Below, in pieces: positions 63,873-64,000 of a DNA stretch of 64,000 bases. Within the stretch, counting starts at the first letter, position 1. Each line of letters starts with the position of its first letter. A model generated the notes under the pieces. The model was not told the origin of the DNA. It saw nothing but the letters and a program-made list of their open reading frames with translations, and did no database searches. Origin of the DNA: Eledone cirrhosa (taxonomy: Eukaryota); assembly GCA_964016885.1 (NCBI GenBank), contig OZ024763.1:27094001-27158000 (forward strand), in the 5' to 3' direction. Made by a program: the position numbers and the translations under genes.

Positions 63873-64000
63873 GTATATATATGTTTGTGTATGTGTGTAT
63901 TGATATTTGAATTTTATTTCGTCACATTTATCTAAGAAAGATTCTTACCACGGGCATGCTAGACCATTCCTGCATGTACACAAACAAACACATACACACA

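Overview
AT-rich, gene-poor eukaryotic repeat region. It is probably cephalopod (octopus-like), inferred from the tRNA-derived SINE family and the very long (TA)n tracts. No host protein-coding gene is supportable. The window contains: (i) kilobase (TA)n/(TATG)n microsatellites holding many insertions; (ii) an apparently intact CR1-group LINE (20585-24518) with a CCCH-finger ORF1 and an APE+RT ORF2 that has no AUG upstream of its endonuclease domain and overlaps ORF1 across two -1 slippery heptamers; (iii) two 5'-truncated Penelope-like elements (PLEs) with C-terminal GIY-YIG endonucleases; (iv) fragments of L1/Tx1, RTE and old CR1 LINEs, SINEs and MITE/foldback elements; (v) a 52-bp satellite and a related 18.4-kb 96-bp satellite with higher-order structure. 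The strongest signal is a set of about nine unrelated short sequence families, mostly non-coding. Each carries a minimal type I hammerhead-ribozyme motif (CUGANGA or UUGANAA ... GAAA, usually with a palindromic stem III), most lie in or beside (TA)n, and most form hairpin or partial-tandem structures. They look like non-autonomous PLE-dependent, retrozyme-like elements. All folds and alignments were done by eye; coordinates are approximate except where motifs are quoted.
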